Positions 37,819-40,402 of a stretch of DNA of 40,402 bases are shown here, one piece after another (the stretch's first letter is position 1; the number at the start of each line of letters is the position of its first letter). The notes under the pieces are model-generated. The model saw only the letters and a program-made list of their open reading frames with translations, ran no database searches and was not told where the DNA came from. A program made the position numbers and the translations under genes. Source of the stretch: a virus (lineage: Duplodnaviria > Heunggongvirae > Uroviricota > Caudoviricetes). The stretch lies in IMG/VR virus record IMGVR_UViG_2529292883_000006; one strand, 5' to 3'.

Positions 37819-37846
37819 ATTAATTTCTTGACCTTCCCCTTGCTGG
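37819..37846. repeat. attR core (right copy of 28-bp direct repeat)
   Basis: Exact repeat of 852-879. It is followed by the intact copA promoter sequence. Confidence 0.7.
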
Positions 37847-37860
37847 AAGGTTTAACCTTT
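37828..37860 (+). promoter_or_regulatory. copA promoter with CueR (MerR-type) operator dyad
   Basis: -35 ttgacc followed by the dyad ccttcc-N7-ggaagg (accttccccttgctggaaggt) and tttaacc, ~40 bp upstream of the copA ATG. The long spacer is typical of MerR-family promoters. Confidence 0.7.
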
Positions 37861-37897
37861 ATCACAGCCAGTCAAAACTGTCTTAAAGGAGTGTTTT

Positions 37898-40402
37898 ATG
37901 TCACAAACTATCGACCTGACCCTGTACGGCCTGTCCTGCGGTCACTGCGTTAAACGCGTGAAAGAAAGTCTCGAACAGCGCCCGGATGTGGAACAAGCGG
38001 ATGTGTCTATCACTGAAGCGCACGTTACCGGGACTGCCAGTGCAGAACAGCTGATCGAAACTATCAAACAAGCGGGTTATGACGCATCTGTAAGCCACCC
38101 AAAGGCTAAACCGCTGGCGGAGTCATCAATCCCGTCGGAAGCACTGACAGCGGTTTCTGAGGCGCTTCCGGCAGCGACCGCCGATGACGATGACAGCCAG
38201 CAGTTGCTGCTGAGCGGCATGAGCTGCGCCAGCTGTGTCACCCGCGTACAAAATGCGTTGCAAAGCGTACCGGGCGTCACTCAGGCACGGGTAAACCTGG
38301 CGGAGCGTACTGCGCTGGTGATGGGCAGTGCCTCCCCACAAGATTTAGTGCAGGCGGTGGAAAAAGCGGGCTACGGCGCGGAAGCGATTGAAGATGACGC
38401 GAAACGCCGCGAGCGCCAGCAAGAAACCGCCGTCGCTACGATGAAGCGCTTCCGCTGGCAGGCAATTGTTGCACTGGCGGTGGGTATCCCGGTAATGGTC
38501 TGGGGGATGATCGGCGATAACATGATGGTCACCGCTGACAACCGCAGCCTGTGGTTGGTTATCGGCCTGATAACCCTGGCGGTAATGGTTTTCGCCGGCG
38601 GCCATTTTTACCGCAGTGCATGGAAAAGCCTGCTGAACGGTGCGGCGACGATGGATACGCTGGTGGCGCTGGGTACGGGTGTGGCGTGGCTCTATTCGAT
38701 GAGCGTCAACCTGTGGCCGCAGTGGTTCCCGATGGAAGCGCGGCATCTTTACTATGAAGCCAGTGCGATGATTATCGGTCTGATTAATCTCGGTCATATG
38801 CTGGAAGCGCGCGCACGTCAGCGTTCTTCTAAGGCGCTGGAGAAATTACTCGATTTAACCCCACCGACGGCGCGCCTGGTTACTGACGAAGGTGAAAAAA
38901 GCGTGCCTCTGGCAGAAGTGCAGCCAGGTATGTTGCTGCGCCTGACGACCGGCGACCGCGTGCCAGTAGATGGCGAGATTACCCAGGGCGAAGCATGGCT
39001 GGATGAAGCGATGCTGACGGGCGAACCTATCCCGCAGCAAAAAGGCGAAGGCGATAGCGTCCATGCCGGGACAGTGGTACAGGACGGTAGCGTTCTGTTT
39101 CGCGCCAGTGCGGTTGGCAGCCATACCACGCTATCAAGGATTATTCGTATGGTGCGCCAGGCCCAGAGCAGCAAGCCAGAAATCGGTCAGCTGGCGGATA
39201 AAATCTCAGCCGTATTTGTGCCGGTAGTAGTGGTGATTGCGCTTTTCAGTGCGGCAATCTGGTATTTCTTTGGTCCGGCACCGCAGATTGTCTATACCCT
39301 GGTGATTGCCACCACGGTGCTGATTATTGCCTGTCCGTGTGCGCTGGGGCTGGCGACGCCGATGTCGATTATTTCCGGCGTCGGGCGGGCGGCTGAGTTT
39401 GGCGTGCTGGTGCGGGACGCCGACGCGCTACAACGCGCCAGTACACTCGATACCGTCGTGTTCGATAAAACCGGGACGCTGACCGAAGGGAAGCCGCAGG
39501 TTGTCGCAGTGAAAACATTTGCTGATTTTGACGAAGCGCAGGCGCTGCGTCTGGCGGCGGCACTGGAACAAGGTTCCAGCCATCCGCTGGCGCGGGCGAT
39601 CCTCGATAAAGCAAGCGATATGCAGCTGCCGCAGGTCAACGGTTTCCGCACATTGCGCGGGCTGGGCGTGAGCGGTGAAGCTGAAGGTCATGCGTTATTG
39701 CTGGGCAATCAGGCGCTGTTAAATGACCAGCAAGTTGATACTAAAGCGATTGAAGCAGATATTTCAGCTCAGGCATCGCAAGGGGCAACGCCTGTGCTGC
39801 TGGCGGTTGACGGGAAAGCGGTAGCCCTGCTGGCTGTACGCGATCCGTTGCGTAGTGATAGCGTGGCGGCGCTGCAACGTCTGCATAAAGCGGGATATCG
39901 TCTGGTGATGTTGACCGGGGATAACCCAACCACCGCCAATGCGATCGCCAAAGAAGCCGGGATTGATGAGGTGATAGCCGGGGTGCTGCCAGACGGTAAA
40001 GCCGAAGCGATCAAACGTCTGCAAAGTGAAGGACGTCAGGTGGCAATGGTGGGCGACGGCATTAACGACGCGCCAGCGCTGGCCCAGGCGGATGTCGGCA
40101 TTGCAATGGGCGGCGGCAGTGATGTTGCCATTGAAACCGCGGCGATTACCCTGATGCGCCATAGCCTGATGGGCGTTGCGGATGCGCTCGCTATTTCCCG
40201 CGCAACGCTGCGCAACATGAAGCAGAACCTGCTCGGCGCGTTTATCTACAACAGTATCGGTATTCCGGTCGCCGCCGGTATTTTGTGGCCGTTTACTGGA
40301 ACACTGCTTAACCCGGTAGTTGCCGGAGCGGCAATGGCGCTCTCGTCGATTACCGTAGTGAGTAACGCCAACCGGTTGCTGCGGTTTAAACCGAAGGAAT
40401 AA
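37898..40402 (+). CDS. copA: Copper-exporting P1B-type ATPase CopA
   Basis: 834 aa. Two N-terminal GMxCxxC metal-binding motifs (GLSCGHC, GMSCASC), CPC in the TM domain, DKTGT phosphorylation motif, GDGINDAP. Stop at the window end. Confidence 0.95.
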   Translation: MSQTIDLTLYGLSCGHCVKRVKESLEQRPDVEQADVSITEAHVTGTASAEQLIETIKQAGYDASVSHPKAKPLAESSIPSEALTAVSEALPAATADDDDSQQLLLSGMSCASCVTRVQNALQSVPGVTQARVNLAERTALVMGSASPQDLVQAVEKAGYGAEAIEDDAKRRERQQETAVATMKRFRWQAIVALAVGIPVMVWGMIGDNMMVTADNRSLWLVIGLITLAVMVFAGGHFYRSAWKSLLNGAATMDTLVALGTGVAWLYSMSVNLWPQWFPMEARHLYYEASAMIIGLINLGHMLEARARQRSSKALEKLLDLTPPTARLVTDEGEKSVPLAEVQPGMLLRLTTGDRVPVDGEITQGEAWLDEAMLTGEPIPQQKGEGDSVHAGTVVQDGSVLFRASAVGSHTTLSRIIRMVRQAQSSKPEIGQLADKISAVFVPVVVVIALFSAAIWYFFGPAPQIVYTLVIATTVLIIACPCALGLATPMSIISGVGRAAEFGVLVRDADALQRASTLDTVVFDKTGTLTEGKPQVVAVKTFADFDEAQALRLAAALEQGSSHPLARAILDKASDMQLPQVNGFRTLRGLGVSGEAEGHALLLGNQALLNDQQVDTKAIEADISAQASQGATPVLLAVDGKAVALLAVRDPLRSDSVAALQRLHKAGYRLVMLTGDNPTTANAIAKEAGIDEVIAGVLPDGKAEAIKRLQSEGRQVAMVGDGINDAPALAQADVGIAMGGGSDVAIETAAITLMRHSLMGVADALAISRATLRNMKQNLLGAFIYNSIGIPVAAGILWPFTGTLLNPVVAGAAMALSSITVVSNANRLLRFKPKE

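Larger units (their letters stand above)
852..37846. mobile_element. Integrated P2-like (Peduovirus-type) prophage, ~37 kb, bounded by 28-bp direct repeats
   Basis: Identical 28-mer attaatttcttgaccttccccttgctgg at 852-879 and 37819-37846. Tyrosine integrase lies next to the left repeat. The interior holds a complete set of P2-type lysogeny, replication, head and tail genes. Confidence 0.85.

Noticed and set aside
1-40402. CRISPR arrays or rRNA genes
   Set aside because: No regularly spaced direct repeats of CRISPR type and no rRNA-like sequence were seen anywhere in the window.

Overview
The window is an Enterobacteriaceae (E. coli-like) chromosomal segment in which a ~37-kb integrated P2-like prophage (852-37846) sits between a glutaminase gene (glsA, 1-669, minus strand) and the complete copper P-type ATPase gene copA (37898-40402, plus strand). 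The prophage is bounded by a 28-bp direct repeat that lies inside the CueR-controlled copA promoter. Gene order from attL: integrase and C-type repressor (minus strand); about 15 small early genes, including a coupled small membrane protein plus SPFH/Band-7 lipoprotein pair and an oppositely oriented acidic-tailed protein; rolling-circle initiator A; an accessory islet at the position of the P2 tin/old locus holding a ParM/ParR-like actin-type partition pair, a small ORF and an Rrf2-family regulator; an Ogr-like zinc-finger gene; a P2-type head module (Q, P on minus; O, N, M, L on plus); a contractile-tail module whose order is not P2-like, with holin/endolysin embedded, a chaperone with a -1 frameshift site, tape measure, baseplate genes and two tail-fibre/chaperone cassettes; and AT-rich cargo next to attR (hok-like type I toxin, hexapeptide acetyltransferase, frameshifted Cys-rich secreted protein). 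No rRNA, tRNA or CRISPR array was recognised. All family assignments rest on reading the translations and remembered family motifs, not on database searches. The best candidates for an undescribed system are the islet at 11374-13502 and the early-region membrane pair at 5965-6995; neither can be confirmed from sequence alone.
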